From Dipteris shenzhenensis (taxonomy: Eukaryota): a stretch of DNA of 64,000 bases. Made by a program: the position numbers and the translations under genes. The DNA lies in assembly GCA_047967505.1 (NCBI GenBank), contig CM106538.1; one strand, 5' to 3'. The notes under the pieces were generated by a model that made no database searches, was not told the origin of the DNA, and worked only from the letters and a program-made list of their open reading frames with translations. Of this stretch, positions 38,401 to 51,621 are shown piece after piece; position 1 is the first letter of the stretch; every line of letters begins with the position of its first letter.

Positions 38401-39698
38401 TGCAAACACTCTCTCTCTTGCTCTCCCTCTCTCTACTGATACACTAGGGCCTAGGACAATCGTCGGGCTGGACCCCCCCAAAGATTTTTATTCATCAAGA
38501 GATATGAGTACAAGAGTTCAACGTAGAGCTGCCTATTGCAAATTCAAAACGTGAATTCATTTTACAAGAGCTTCAAGCTCATTCCAAAATGGCAACATGC
38601 CACTTGTCTAAAATCTAGACTAAGTCCTATTACATGCCTCTAAGGGCAATTTCTGGGGTCTTCGTAGCACTTGGTCACACGGGTGGCCTCCGAAATACTC
38701 GCTACGCTCCAAATTACTTGGGTCTTTAGCCCCTCATAGTACCTGCAACAATTGATTAAAGCGCACCACCATGGCACCCATTAATTGTTAGCGCTTTGCA
38801 TGCAAATAATAAACTGTGGACTAATCCTAGTCACAGGTGGGCGTCCCCATTGAACAAACATGTGAACAGAACATAGAACACAATTCTTGGTCGATCAAAG
38901 TCAACCCTCTTGGTCATAATTAAGGGGCTTTGACCAATGGTTGTGGCGCCTTAATTATGGCCAAGTCTCTCCAACCGAAGCTGGCACAACTTGGTTAACT
39001 GTAGTTAACCCTCTTGGCACATGCCAAGTCTCGTTGACCGAAGTCGACACTCTCTGACCGTAGTCAACTCTGTGGTTCTATGGTTAATCGCAATTAACCC
39101 TCTTGGTAATAAACCAAGTCTCCCTGACCGAAGTCCAGCTCACTTGACCAGAGTCAAGCATCTTTGACTGTAGTCAATTCTTTGACCATAGTTAACACAC
39201 ATGAAAACTCTTTAATTATGATAAGATAAATGGTCAACTGTACTTTGACTTAGGATATTTACATTGTGGTGACACTTGGTATCCTATCGATGCTCGCAAA
39301 AACATGTGCATGCCCCTTGTATGATGGCTTTTGTAAATTGATAGGCAGACTGTCATACCGAATTTCTATTAAGCCTCCATTTGTATAGGGCAGACTACCT
39401 CCATTTGTTTAGGGCAGACTATTCATAACAAGAGATAGCACCAACATGTCAATACAAACAAACATGATCCATATAAACTTACTAACCATTTTCTACAGAC
39501 TTTTATGATTTCAACTGCTCACTGAAAATATCAAAGAACAAATGCAGGGGGAAAAGCAGGTGCGGAAATACTCAAGTATGTTTTGAGAAACACAAATGGT
39601 CTAATCAAGTATCTTCCAATCAAGAAATTTTTTAACCCTTTTTTAAGAAAGAAAGAGAGAGACATCTGTATGAACCCTGGAAGGACACCACTGCTAAC

Positions 39699-39800
39699 CT
39701 GTTCTGTTATAAACCCAATTAACCCTGAGAAAACAATCAGCTTGAGTAGCTGAACGAGTACCCAGCCTTTCCTTATCTTTTCCGTCCGTGGATAGCTGAT
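39699..39800 (-). CDS. DGAT1: DGAT1 internal exon ISYPRTEKIRKGWVLVQLLKLIVFSGLIGFITEQ
   Basis: cag|...|gttag boundaries, 102 nt, phase 0/0. SYPRxxxIRKGW motif. Confidence 0.96.
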
Positions 39801-39990
39801 CTGTCAACAAATAGAGGTGAAAATTCCACATTATGCTTCGAGAAAAGTACCATAAATACCCCAACATCAACAGACACACCAGTTTTCTTTAAATTTATAC
39901 AGCTGTACATGGAAACGTCCTGCAATTGCTTTGAATCTATTCAAATCATTTGGGTTAATCGCATACAAACAAAGGAATAGTGACCCTTAC

Positions 39991-40089
39991 CTGGTAGCAT
40001 AATGTTGGAGCCACCATAAAATATGCAAGGTTTCGTATCATGATGTTGTCGGGATATTGAACTTCAGTCAATTCCAAAGGCAAGTCTTC
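39991..40089 (-). CDS. DGAT1: DGAT1 internal exon EDLPLELTEVQYPDNIMIRNLAYFMVAPTLCYQ
   Basis: cag|...|gtaag boundaries, 99 nt, phase 0/0. Contains the conserved LAYFMVAPTLCYQ motif. Confidence 0.96.
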
Positions 40090-40427
40090 CTGTCCATGTG
40101 ACAAAGCCTTTGAGGTATCAAACCAACCAGCACAGATGGAAAATTATATACAGAAAAAGAGGCACGCTCCATGCAGTATCAGAAAAGGTAGTGAGAATGA
40201 AGCCGAAACATTGTATACTGAAAAAATAAATATATTCAATCCAAAATAATAAAGTACCCATTACATCAGAGGTGGGAGACCTATCCCTATCCCAAACATT
40301 CACAAAAACAATTATGCCATAGGGGGAGAGGTAAATTTCAGTCCATAACCTCCCCAACCTGCTCATGAGGCAGGACATGAATGTCTCTATCCCAATTGTC
40401 ACTTAAGATCAATAAGAACACAAAAAT

Positions 40428-40945
40428 ACTAGTTTGGACTTAGTTTGTTGTTAGGTACTTTGGAGCTAGCTAACGAAATACTAGTTTGGACTTAGTTTGC
40501 TAGTAGTTAGTTTGGAGCTAACTAGTTTGCAAATAGCAAGTTTGGAGCTACCTAGTTTGAGATAGCAAACTACTTACTAGTTTGGACTTAGTTTGAAGTT
40601 AGCTGGTGTAGTTTGGAGCTAGCTAGTTTGCAGATAACTACTTTGAAGGTACATAGTTTGGATCTAGCTAGTTGGACAAACCTAGTTTGCAAATAGCTAC
40701 TTTGCATTTGCATGCAGCTAGTTTGCAAGTAGCTAGTTAGTAGGTACCTAGTTTGGAGATTCCTAGTTTGTAGATGGCTACTTTGTGGCTAGCTAGGTTG
40801 TACATAACCAACTATCGACAACCTAAATTGCAAAGACCTATGCAAGAGAAAGCTAGTTTGCAGATACCTAGTTAGTGGTTTAGAGCTACCTACTTTGGAA
40901 GCTAGTTTGTAGCTACCTAGAATTATGAAGGCTACTTTGTAGCTA
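40428..40945. repeat. Degenerate minisatellite with (C)TAGTTTG core and ~15-bp unit
   Basis: Many variants of ctagtttggagctag / ctagtttgcaaatag in tandem. Confidence 0.85.
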
Positions 40946-41299
40946 TCTATCCTGAACGATATTTGCCAAAGCTCTAGCAAGGAGTTATGCCGTGATAACT
41001 TGCCCCATCAGGTCACACAGGAAGCCCTCAAAGACCTGTATCATAGAGGACCTGCTTTGCTCGAGCATGTCATGAGAAACTATTAAGTCAGCACTTGAGA
41101 TACACGTCAATGAGCATGCTGAGCACGTAGGTATGCAAGCGACTGAACAGGCACATTTTAGACAAGAATGATCCACATTGGATCACATCTTCACCCTTAG
41201 AGCCCTCATAGAGGAGGCCCGACACTAGGAACAGAGAGTATATTGCTGCTGTGGATGTCCATAAGGCCTTCATTCAGGGGCTTTTTGAGCACTAGACCT

Positions 41300-42800
41300 C
41301 AAAGAGGATGATTGGACTGATTTCAAGAGACTACAAGTCATGATGCTATCTCGTATGGTCCAAGGGAAGCAATTTTGTACTCCACATGACATCATCCTAG
41401 CAGAGTTTGCAGCAAGACCTCTCCACACAAATGCCCCATTCCAGATCATTACCTATCTGGACCGAGTCAAGATGTTCAGCTAGACAGATGCACACCAACA
41501 AAGACTACAATGGCTGCAAACTGACCAGCATTGATATGCACAAGTCTCACAGGGCATGTCTACCCATCATTTACCCTCACATCTGTACTGTTAGTACTCC
41601 CCTTTCCTTCAAATGACACAACAAGAAACTCATCAAATCATCCAAGACGACCTATGGCAGACATACATCCATAATATATGGACGCCCCCCCACAGCTACA
41701 TGAGAACAAGATGGCCTTCTATAGAAAGTATTTTCTGCACCTAAGTAAGGACAGGTCATTCAAATGCCAACTACCTATAAATCCATGGCACAGATGAGCT
41801 CATGGAAGCCCTCAAGGCCCTCTCCTCTCACATAAGTGTCCTGGCAAGGACAGATTGACAGTGTCCTCTTGGAACGCATTCATACGATTTGCTTGATCCC
41901 GAGGAGAGGAGAGGAGAGGGGATACCATTCATGCATTCGACAATGGCATTCACGACACACAGACAGGTCTTGTTTACAAACGCAACATTCTTGACAATAT
42001 CTTCAGTTTTTGGAGGCCCAAGAGAGTATCAACCTATCGCAACCCTTCTCTTGGAATTTGAGAAGGCTTATGACAAGGTGAACTGGCTTGTTCACTTGAG
42101 GAGGAAAGACACGCGGATGCTAGAGATAGAGGCCACCATCCCAAAGTCTTGGTGGGATGGGATACATAGAGCCTTAGCCCCCCGCAATAGGATGGACAAT
42201 TCTTTAGGACAGGGGTGCCCCTATGGATTCAGTATTTGCACCCAGCCCTTGAATCCTTCCACTCCATGCAATACAGAGCAGGGCAGGAGGTCTTCTTCAG
42301 CCAGAGACACGTAGGGGCCCAAAGATGGAGGCAGCCCTTGACTTGCTTGAGTGGCAGAGGATCAAAGTAGTGGCTCGCCTGGGCAAGGACTAGACCATCA
42401 ATCCAGCACCAGTACTTCGAGACAGGAGGGGTTTGCAGTAGCACGTTGGGATATGGGAGGGCTGGCGTGACAATGTTGCGTATGCCATGGATAACGACTT
42501 GGGAGAGGGATATTGACACAGACTCAAGACCTTATCAAGGAGCTTGTTGGCTATGTCTAGGAGGGGGATCTATCTCCACTGTTGAATGTTGGCTCCATCC
42601 CCCCACTTGGGAATAAGGCAATCTAGGCAAGGTGTCTAGGTGTGAGATGCATATGTCATGCTACCTGCATTGACGCATGTCCTTTGAAGGATACTCATAT
42701 CCTTTAACCAAAATGATAGGCCTAGGCACTTTCCAAATAGCGAGGTATTGAACTCTCTCTTGCTTTGTGTAGGTGCATAGAAGAGGAGCTAAGAACGTCA
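41300..42800 (+). mobile_element. Highly degraded LINE remnants (RTE-like, then L1-like RT)
   Basis: PHDIILAEFAARPL at ~41385-41425 (compare VPHHIIQAEFGAFPL in 25203-25556). IATLLLEFEKAYDKVNW at ~42035-42086. Confidence 0.6.
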
Positions 42801-44061
42801 AGCAGAGTTAACTGTCACACAAAGAAAAGACCACACCGCTAACAACGGGAAGTCAAAAAACTCATCTTCCAACGAAAGGAAGGGGCATGAACAGCTGGGG
42901 ATAGAGGGCAGGTATTGAGATCCAGGAGCGGATCGCTGGTGGCAGCATGAAATACTTCTGCATGTGGTGTTTATTTCACCATTGCAAAAACCACTAGGTT
43001 CACTTCTAAATGCTTGACAAAATAGATGGACTGGTTTTTGTAAAGAAATATCAATTTCATGATTTTTTTTGTCTTTCTCAAGGCAAATTAAACATCTCAT
43101 AAAGCCATGAGTTAGGTGATGCTTATAGGATTATTTCTTATGAAGTTATCAGAATATCAAAAAAACCTTCAGATAAAAAGATAGCAAGCAGTTTTTCAGT
43201 TTTTGATATATTCATAAAGGAACATTTCATCGCAAAAAGATTCAGTAGACATAAAGAGCTTTATTTTTATCAATCCCGATGAAAATCACATTAAATTACA
43301 TGTTCTATTTGCTCCAAATGAGATTTTTGTTGGACCCTTTTAGGTATGGGCAGGCTAGGCAGAAATCAGGGCATGGGCATTCTGAACGATGGCGAGGCAG
43401 ATGGTGTTAAAATGAGCTCAACAATGGTCAGCTGAGGTGAAAAGGTGAAAGAGTAGCATCTGGAAGACTGCATAGAGTCAAGCTGAGTGGAATGGCTGCG
43501 CTATTATGGTGTGAGGGTGGTTGGTGCTAACAGAACAGCAGGGGCATCAGCATGAGGCAACTGGGGAAGTTTAAGGGATTCACATCCTTTCAATATACCT
43601 TCATTAGAATGTTCAAGTCAAACACCTGCAGCAGAAGTCTTGCATTTACTGAAATAGTAAAAACACAAATCACTATGTTTCCTGGCACAGGTTCATAAAC
43701 AAGATGCCTGTCAATTACACTTACCAAGACTAGTGTTGGTGCATCAAAATACCTACTCCCCTAGGAGTAGCACTGATTGAGTGCTGTACATAAAGAGAGA
43801 TTATGGCGTGACATTGTGTAGCAACATGTTCGCAGTGTCAAGGCAAACGGCCTTCAGGACCAGAAAAGGCACAAATTTACATGCCTTGGTGATTCAATCA
43901 CTCATAAGCTTGTTCTTTCCCTAATTTGACTATCAAAGATTGTTTGTATGATTGGCTCAGATGCAAATCAAGAAAATGAGCGTCAGTTTTGAACCATGAC
44001 AACGTACAAGCACATGTGCTTATCCTCTACGAAAGGACAACAATAAAGTTATCACATGTAC

Positions 44062-44185
44062 CTTCTCACCTTTCGATGCCGACGTTCTAAGATCATAATT
44101 GGTGTGTGCATATGAGACTAGCTTCATCCAGCAAGTGATTGAAAACAACATGAGGAAGAGGCCTGACAGCAGAGCTGAGTGTACC
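44062..44185 (-). CDS. DGAT1: DGAT1 internal exon (R)VHSALLSGLFLMLFSITCWMKLVSYAHTNYDLRTSASKGEK
   Basis: AG acceptor at 44186-44187 and GT donor at 44060-44061. 124 nt = 1 + 41 codons. Matches the plant DGAT1 motif W(L/M)KLVSYAHTxYDxR. Confidence 0.95.
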
Positions 44186-46260
44186 CTGTAATTGTAAGAA
44201 GAATGACTTCAATATTAAAGTTTACAACAGAATATTCGATCCCAATAGTGAGCAGGAAGATAAAAGAAAAACAAATGTACACATAACACAAAATATCTTC
44301 TGTATGAAAGGTGTTGAAATTTAAATCATTGGTTTGAGCAGCCATTATCCTAAGACAGGAAGTAAATGTCTGCTTGATAAGTAGAGCTTTATTACAGCTC
44401 CTCTCGATACAAGATTAGAACAGCATATGAACACCTACAAGGACCAGTTATCACCCAAAATGAGGACAAAAAGTGTTTAGCAGGTTGATAAGGGCACCAA
44501 TATGTCCATGATAAAATTATCATCCCAGGACAGAAGGAATGGTAACAGGAACAAAGGTCGAACAAAGCTCCATAATTTGGAGTAAGAGGGCAGGGGAAAG
44601 TTGGATGTTGCCTAGAAATGGTTTCATCCCATGAGTATATGTTAAAATTCTACCTTGTAAAATGATGGCATATTGATCAGGTTGAGAAAAGATAATGAAT
44701 GTATCAACAAACTTTACTTGAAATGCCAATAGAGGACATCGAATGAGAAGGGGGGGGGGGGGAATCTCTGTCATGTGAGGCTGCCTTTTTGTTGTTTCAA
44801 GAGATGTCAAATTTACTTCCTTTTGCATTGTCCATGTCAGAAGTGAAGGTGGTGCACCAATAATTCTATTGCTTGGTGACCATGACCGTGCATGGACCCT
44901 CTTTGACGCACTTTCACCTCTTTGGAAGCCTCTTAGTTGTTGGTAGTGCTAGTTGTATTGTATTCGGTCGAAATGTGTCTCAAAGAGGTTACATAAGTAT
45001 TAATGCAAGATGATGTACTTCAAGATGCCGCATTGTTAGAAATAGGCTTCCAAACTATGTGCAAAATCCAGCACCATGCTTTAAAGGAAGAATGGAGCAC
45101 AATCAGGGTCAAAAGGTGCAATTCTTCTGTTTTGTGGAGATGATTAGTCCACTTCATCACAATTTGACACAATCGATTCTAGCATGCATTAAGTGGGTTC
45201 TCATGAGGTCAATCTTGGCCCAAGAAAACCCATTAAGATTCAAAGTAAAGCAAATTCTTCAATTATATTCAATTTCACAATTTCGATCATCAATGTCCCA
45301 TATTTGATTCACTTTGATCTGATTTTACGCAATAAGCATTAAGTGTGGGTCCATGTATCAGTGTGTGTGTGTGGGGGGGGGGAAGGCGGGGGGGCGGGTG
45401 GGGGCGGGGCCCAAGGGGGGGCAAGAAAAGCTTGCAAATACTTCCAGTATAGAGATTATGCTCACCCATATTGCATGGAGGCTGAATATTCTTAATATTC
45501 ATGTACACATTTTAGCTCACAAAGGAAAAATGATGCTTCAGTTTCTTCAAGATGATCAGCCTTGGGCTGCTATGATGCGCTCCTTACTTGTTCAACTCCT
45601 GCTTTTGGTTCTTGGCAACCCACATAGTGGGATTTTCTTTTGGGCTGCATTGAAGGCAACATCAAAGGTTGCCCTATGGTTTCTCGGATGTTTCTAGATT
45701 GGAAGCATATTCTTTCACACTTGGAATGGAATGGAAGAGACTCTTTACAGGGTAACTCTTTTCGAGCTGAGAGCATCCATTGGTCACGGGTTTTTTCTCC
45801 TCGCTTGGCCCTGCGCTCTTATTTTCTTAGTACAAAAGGGATTTCCAATGTTGCCGATGTTATTAAGGATGATGGCACTCTTTTATTGTGTGTGTGTGTG
45901 TGTGTGTTTTCCACACTTCGACCGATTTGTGAGAGTCATACTTGACAACGCGTCGTGCTTCCCCTCTCAACCCTGCGTATGGCACCCTGTAGATGACCCA
46001 AAAGACATCATCTATATCTATTCATGCATCATTTTGTCAACAGTGGTTGCATTCCATTCACCTCCAATGCTGGAGGAAGTCGAATGTCAAAAAATTCAAC
46101 TCTGGCAGCAGATGTTGTAGGTCCTCTTCCACGACCTACCACATACTCTTAGTAATGTCAAGGATTACCATAAATCCCCACCCCTTTTTCTTCCTACACT
46201 TTAAGATCACAAGGAAGATATGTAGGGTCATTGCCAACACCTGCAATACCAAGTGCAGAA

Positions 46261-46940
46261 TTTTGAAAAAAAAGAAATCAGAAGAAAGACTTCTATTAAG
46301 TATGAACAAAACCTGCGAGAGCAAAAGCTAAAGGCGGAAATACATCATGCAATGCATGAAAAAACACTCCTCACAAAGACGCAGAAAACAACCAAGATTG
46401 AGGCTGAAAATGCCACTCAACCCTGTAGTAGTCTTAGAGAAGAAAGGAGAGTCCCCCCATTCTCTAAAGAAGATAGCTCTCCTAGCAGAAACTGCCCGTG
46501 AGGATTGCTGCATGGTCGCCCAGATGGCCATCAGTGTATGTATAGTGTCCGTCCATATACTAGCCAAGGTATGAGAGGGGTGGACCTCGGATCCATCTAA
46601 TGCCTCTGTGGATCTCTCTCTCCAAATCGATAAAGGCATGGCTCATCAAATCGATAAAGGCCCAGACGATTCATGTTTCTCATAGAAGGCCTGGGGACGA
46701 GAGAGAGAAAGCCAAGCAACCCCAAGATAAAGGCCCAGACGATTCATGTTTCTCATAGAAGGCCTGGGGTCGAGAGAGAGAAAGCCAAGCAACCCCAAGT
46801 CATGAAGTAAGGGACAAAAAATAAAGGTACTAAAAATCCTGGCTATTCCCTTCCAAATAATCTTGGCCTGTCTACAATCCCATAAGCAATGCTTAACTTA
46901 CTCCACAGCAGAAAGGGGGGGACGACAAGTAATATGATCG
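46261..46940 (-). mobile_element. L1-type LINE 3' end fragment containing a ~73-bp tandem duplication
   Basis: ALDGSEVHPSHTLASIWTDTIHTLMAIW matches ORF 50038-50439. gataaaggcccagacg...accccaa is repeated at ~46652 and ~46726. Confidence 0.8.
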
Positions 46941-47139
46941 GCTGAATAGAAAGCCAAAAGAATAGAGTGATTTTCCTTTTCCTGTGGGGGCTGAAGCTGG
47001 TCAGGTGCAAAAAATTATTGACATACCAACCAATGCTAGACCAGAGACTCCTTAGTTAAAAGTTAAAACTCAAGTCAAATTCTAGATTTGTACTCTACAA
47101 ATTGGCTAGGACCCTAAACATTGGTTACATACTCAAATA

Positions 47140-50100
47140 GTGATTGAGCTACTGAGCTCCCCGTCCTGTTGCTCCCTGCTGAGCTTCGTCCTGCACCCCT
47201 CTCCCCTCCCTCCCAGCCCTTCCCTTCCCCTTCCTCCTCCTCTCCCTGCCAGCCCCTCCTCCCAGGCCACTGCCCCCTCACCCGCTGCAGCACGTTGTCG
47301 GACGGACAGAGCATCTTTGTGTTCGTGTCGGCCATTCCACCTTGATTGACGAATGGGTTCCCATTCAGCCAATCCTCGACCGCTTCCACCGGCCGCAAAA
47401 ACAGTTACCTTTCCAAAGACAAGCTTCAGGACTGACTCAAAGCAGGAGTATGCCACCTCACTCTTTGCTCGCATCCACGGTTCCCACCCCTCCATGCTAC
47501 AGGCTAGGGATTGAATGCTTTCGGCTTTACCAGGAGACCTCACAGGGCACCTCACCAATGTTCATCTGCTCGGACGAGGGTTCTTCCAAGGGGTATTTGA
47601 TTCTCCAGAGTGACAAGATCAGTGCAGGATTTGTAGGACCCTTGGGCACTTCGCTAGGGATTGCCCAAGGAAGAAGAAAAGGCCCAAATAGTTAATTCCG
47701 CCTTCTTGTCCTTCTACACGCACTACCAGAGCCCCCCCTTCTCGCCCAGGATCTTCGGGACCAGCCCCTAGACCTGGACCCTCTTCCTCAGCGCGCACAG
47801 TACGATCAGTACCTCGTTGGATGCCTGTGAGGGTTGCTGACACTCCGCCACCTCTACGAGACACCTCAGACCATTCTTAGTTACAGACAGGTGATATTCT
47901 TGTAGGCGTAGATGTGGTTGCCCCAGTCCCCCCACCTGCTCATCAGGAGAGACAACCCATTTCTTCAGGTCCTATCACTGATGATCAGCCCCCTCCCTCT
48001 GTTAGTCACACTTCACCTCTTGATAGAGGTAAGGGGGTTTTTTCTCCTTCTCCCTCGGGTGCAAGGATTCTTCACACTCCTATGCCAGTTCCCTCCTACA
48101 AGAACTCTTTTGCAATACTAGCAGATTTGACAGAGTTTGAGACAGAGAAGGAGTTTGTACCCTCTACCCTGGGGGAGCCGGTTATTGGGATTCCGTTGAA
48201 TAAGGTTTCTCCCTCTGCTGGAGTGGGTTTTCTTTCACCAATTGATTTCCTTTGCTTGACAGGAGGACTCTTTCACAGGAGAGGATTTTCTCCACCACCA
48301 AGTCGGGTAGAGCCTTTCACTTTGCCTCCTCCTATACCTCATCGGTGCCATAGGCAGCTGATTCATAACCAACTCCATCTAGGTGTTTCAGGCGGCCCCA
48401 TTCATATCCTTATGCTCCAAGAGCATAAGCTGGATGGTAGAGATTGTGCCAAGTCACGTAAGCTTCTTTCTGGCCATACTTTTTGGTCACCTGCCTTGGG
48501 CACCAGGGGAGGCATTTGCATTTCTATCTCTTCTTCGATGCTCCCCTTGGTCATTGGACACAAGAGTCATAGTCCCCTCTAGAGCACAGTGGGTTATTTT
48601 GATGATTGGTGGGCGTAAGGTTGGCTTCCTTAACCTTGAGAGGGGATCGTGTCCTCCTTGGGAAGGAGTTGCTCTCTTGGTCACATATTGCAGATTCTTG
48701 GATTATTGGAGGCGATTTCAACATGGTTGAGATGCCTTCACACAAAAGAGAGGGCAGGGAGGTTTGATACCTGGTCAGGAGCCTTGGAAGGATTTTTGCT
48801 TACGCAGTATACAGACATGCACACCTTCTCAGGGAGGAGATTGGATGGACAGCCCTAGATGGATCTTTGCGTCAGCCCATCTCAGATCTCCTACTTCCCC
48901 TCTCATGGCTGCCATTTTGAAAGCTTGAGACAGCTTCAAAAGTACTCTTCGGAGAGTTCCACCCTCCTCTCGTGAAGAAATTGACAGGCAGCCCATCATG
49001 TGGAATGATTGCATACTAGATGAGCATGGCAGATCACTGGGCATGTCACATTAAATGCAGTGGTCTAGATGGAAGTTGGGACCTGCATCCACGGTGGGTG
49101 CTTGGAAAGCTTTCAGGATGCTTCTAGAGAATCAGAGAGCTCGTTCAGTTAGTCACCTAGAAGAAAGTGCAGCCAAGATGCAGCAGATAGATGCAGCCAT
49201 ACCAGTGGAGTGGATGGATACAGACCATTTGCCTATTTCTGAGTCCACCTGGTTGGGGGCTTTTTCGAGGACAGGTATCCCTCTGCAGGTTATAGCCTTG
49301 CGAGATGCACATGAGGATACCCTCGTCTTTCAGGTTCATGCAGGAGGCAGACTCCAGAGATCTTCAGAGGACATTCTTTTGGAGGCTCCTTTTCAGCCAG
49401 TCAGGATTGCAGGATACATGGAGATGTGTAGAGACTCACAGTGGTATCTTAATCCAGACCCCATTCTTCTGGCTATTAGATCTTGGAGGCTTTGGTTGTA
49501 TGGAGGTTCCCCTATTACATCCTTGCAGTGGGATCCAGGGGAATGGGAGAGGATAGTTACAAGGCACCAAGAGAAGAGCATCCCCTTGTTTCGTTACACG
49601 GTCAGAAATGCCAGGAGATTTCAGCTCAGTTGTAGAGCTGGAGGCCCTCTAGAGCTCCTCATTGGGATACTTTTCAGATTTCTGCAAAGATGCAGAAAAA
49701 CTTTTGCAGGAGACTTTGGAAATCCCTCAGGAATAGGAAAATCACGTTATTCATCTAGCTTACTATTCATGGAGCAGTGAACCTATGGAGATCCAGGTTT
49801 GGGGCTAACCCTACATGTCCTCGATGCCACTCAGCAGTTGAGTCAGTGTAGCACTGCCTTTGGGAGTGCACTTAGGCGAGGACGATTTGAAAGGGTGTTG
49901 CTAGGATACTTCGCATTTTTCATAGAGCACCCTTCTTCATGACCTGGGGATCAATTGCTTGGTTATCACTCACTGGTCCGTAGGCTTTCTTTGAGGGACA
50001 TGACATAGACACAGCTTTCTTTGTTCAACGACACCTTGTGGAGTCATGCTCCCTCCGGGATGTTCCATTTACTCCATTCAGAGCTCCCCACACTTCTGTA

Positions 50101-50602
50101 GACACATCTTGGGAGATTCTAGCTAGTATCACAGCATGGCATATTTGGAGAGCCAGATGTACAAAGGCTTTGGAGGACTCCCAGGTTCACCCTTCTCAGA
50201 CTATGGCCAATATCTGGGCAGATACTACACACACTTTGATGGCCATTTGGGCGAACATACAGGGAACCTCCAAGACTGCTACTACTAGGAGGGTTGCTTT
50301 TCTCAGAGTCTGGAAGGATTGTCCTTTCTTCTCTTACTCTCCTTCAAGAATGAGGTGGCATTTTCAGCCGCCACTTGGGATTTTTGTTTGCTCAGAATGC
50401 TTTTCTCAGAGTCTGGAAGGATTGTCCTTTCTTCTGTGACTCTCCTTCAGGGATGAGGTGGCATTTTCAGCCGCCACCTGGGATTTTTGTTTGCTCATTC
50501 TGAGCTGTTTTTTCTCATGCTTGACATGATGTACTCCCGCACTTGAGCTTGCTCTGGGTTTTTATTCATACTTAATGAAGTACTTTTCTTGGAAAAAAAA
50601 AA
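47140..50602 (+). mobile_element. L1-type LINE with endonuclease remnant, RT deleted, intact 3' end and poly(A)
   Basis: APE motifs ILMLQEHKL and GGDFNMVE at 48400-48730, then a jump to the post-RT region at ~48860. A-run at 50593-50602; short 3' tandem duplication at 50318-50495. The 5' boundary is approximate. Confidence 0.8.
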
Positions 50603-51621
50603 TATCACCTTGATACTATCCATCCGGCCTCCTCCCGAAGACGGTGTGCATGACTGTATGCTGCGAATAAAAAAGTCCTTCAACGGCGCTTGTCTAGGCT
50701 ATATCCTCAGTTTCAGCAACTGTAAATCTAGATCAATTATGTTAAGACCCCCTTCCGAAGTGAGGAGAATGAGAGTCTCCCAAGCAACTCTAGTTGTAAC
50801 ATCCTGTGTGCCATCAAGTCCACTATATATAAAATTTCTTATCGGTCTCTTAAGCTGAGTGATGCAATCCCTTGAGTGGCACTAGCAAGAGCACACAAAC
50901 CATGCCACGGCCAATAGAACCTGGTTGACCACGACTACTGGGAAGGCAAGGTAAATCTTTGCAGAGCCCCAAAATAGAAGCTTTCTCCTTATACTCTCCA
51001 AAACCAAAGCAAACTGTTGTGTTGGAGAGATGCCCCAGCCAACCTCTCGTCTCTTTCTCCTTTGATACACACCTAGTTGTGGGCTAATCTCTACAAAGAA
51101 GAAACCCCTCCGATCCAAGCATCTGAAAATACGAAGCGAAGAAGGACAATCTCCAAAAAACCCATTATGCTTTGTCATAAGCTCTCTCAAAGTCTAGGAG
51201 TAGAATGGCAAGGCATTGGCCACTCTGCATAACCCAATGTAAAGCCTCCAGAAAACAAAAGATATTATCGAAAATGCTTCTGCCATGTGCGAAGCCCGTC
51301 TGCGTGTCATGAATAAGGTCTGGAAGAATGGGCAGCAAATGTAGACTGATACCTTGACAAAAATCTTATAGAAAGTTCCCAATAGAGTAATGGGCCTCCA
51401 TTGGGAATTAAATTTCTGCAACCTCCCTTTCCGATAAGACGAATGACCCCCTCCATAAGTTAGCTAGGCATCTTACCCAAGTCCCGAATGCCCTGCTAGG
51501 CTGAGGTAATGTGATCCCCAATTATATCCCAAAAAGCAATAAAGAAAGAGGGAGAAAGTCCATCTGAAGCCTAAGCACTTGCCCTCGTGAAAAGCCAAGA
51601 GGAAAATATTGAACTCTACGT
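50603..51621 (-). mobile_element. L1-type LINE RT fragment
   Basis: SQWRPITLLGTFYKIF and QQFALVLESIRRKLLFW. Paralogous to 21770-23135. Confidence 0.82.

Larger units (their letters stand above)
30371..39274 (-). mobile_element. Ty3/gypsy (chromovirus-related) element E with two LTRs; integrase deleted; 3' LTR disrupted and partly inverted
   Basis: 5' LTR 38376-39274 (TG..CA), PBS 38363-38374, gag 35555-36860, protease LFDPGA, RT 34240-34940, PPT 33874-33885. 3' LTR pieces at 30371-30540, 30589-30630 (inverted) and 32420-33116 (inverted). Flanks catgg / cttgg give a TSD with one mismatch. Confidence 0.9.

Noticed and set aside
44653-44716. Possible upstream DGAT1 exon (AG...GT bounded on the minus strand)
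   Set aside because: No frame resembles the expected LHIxITxxxxLYPVxVIL segment.
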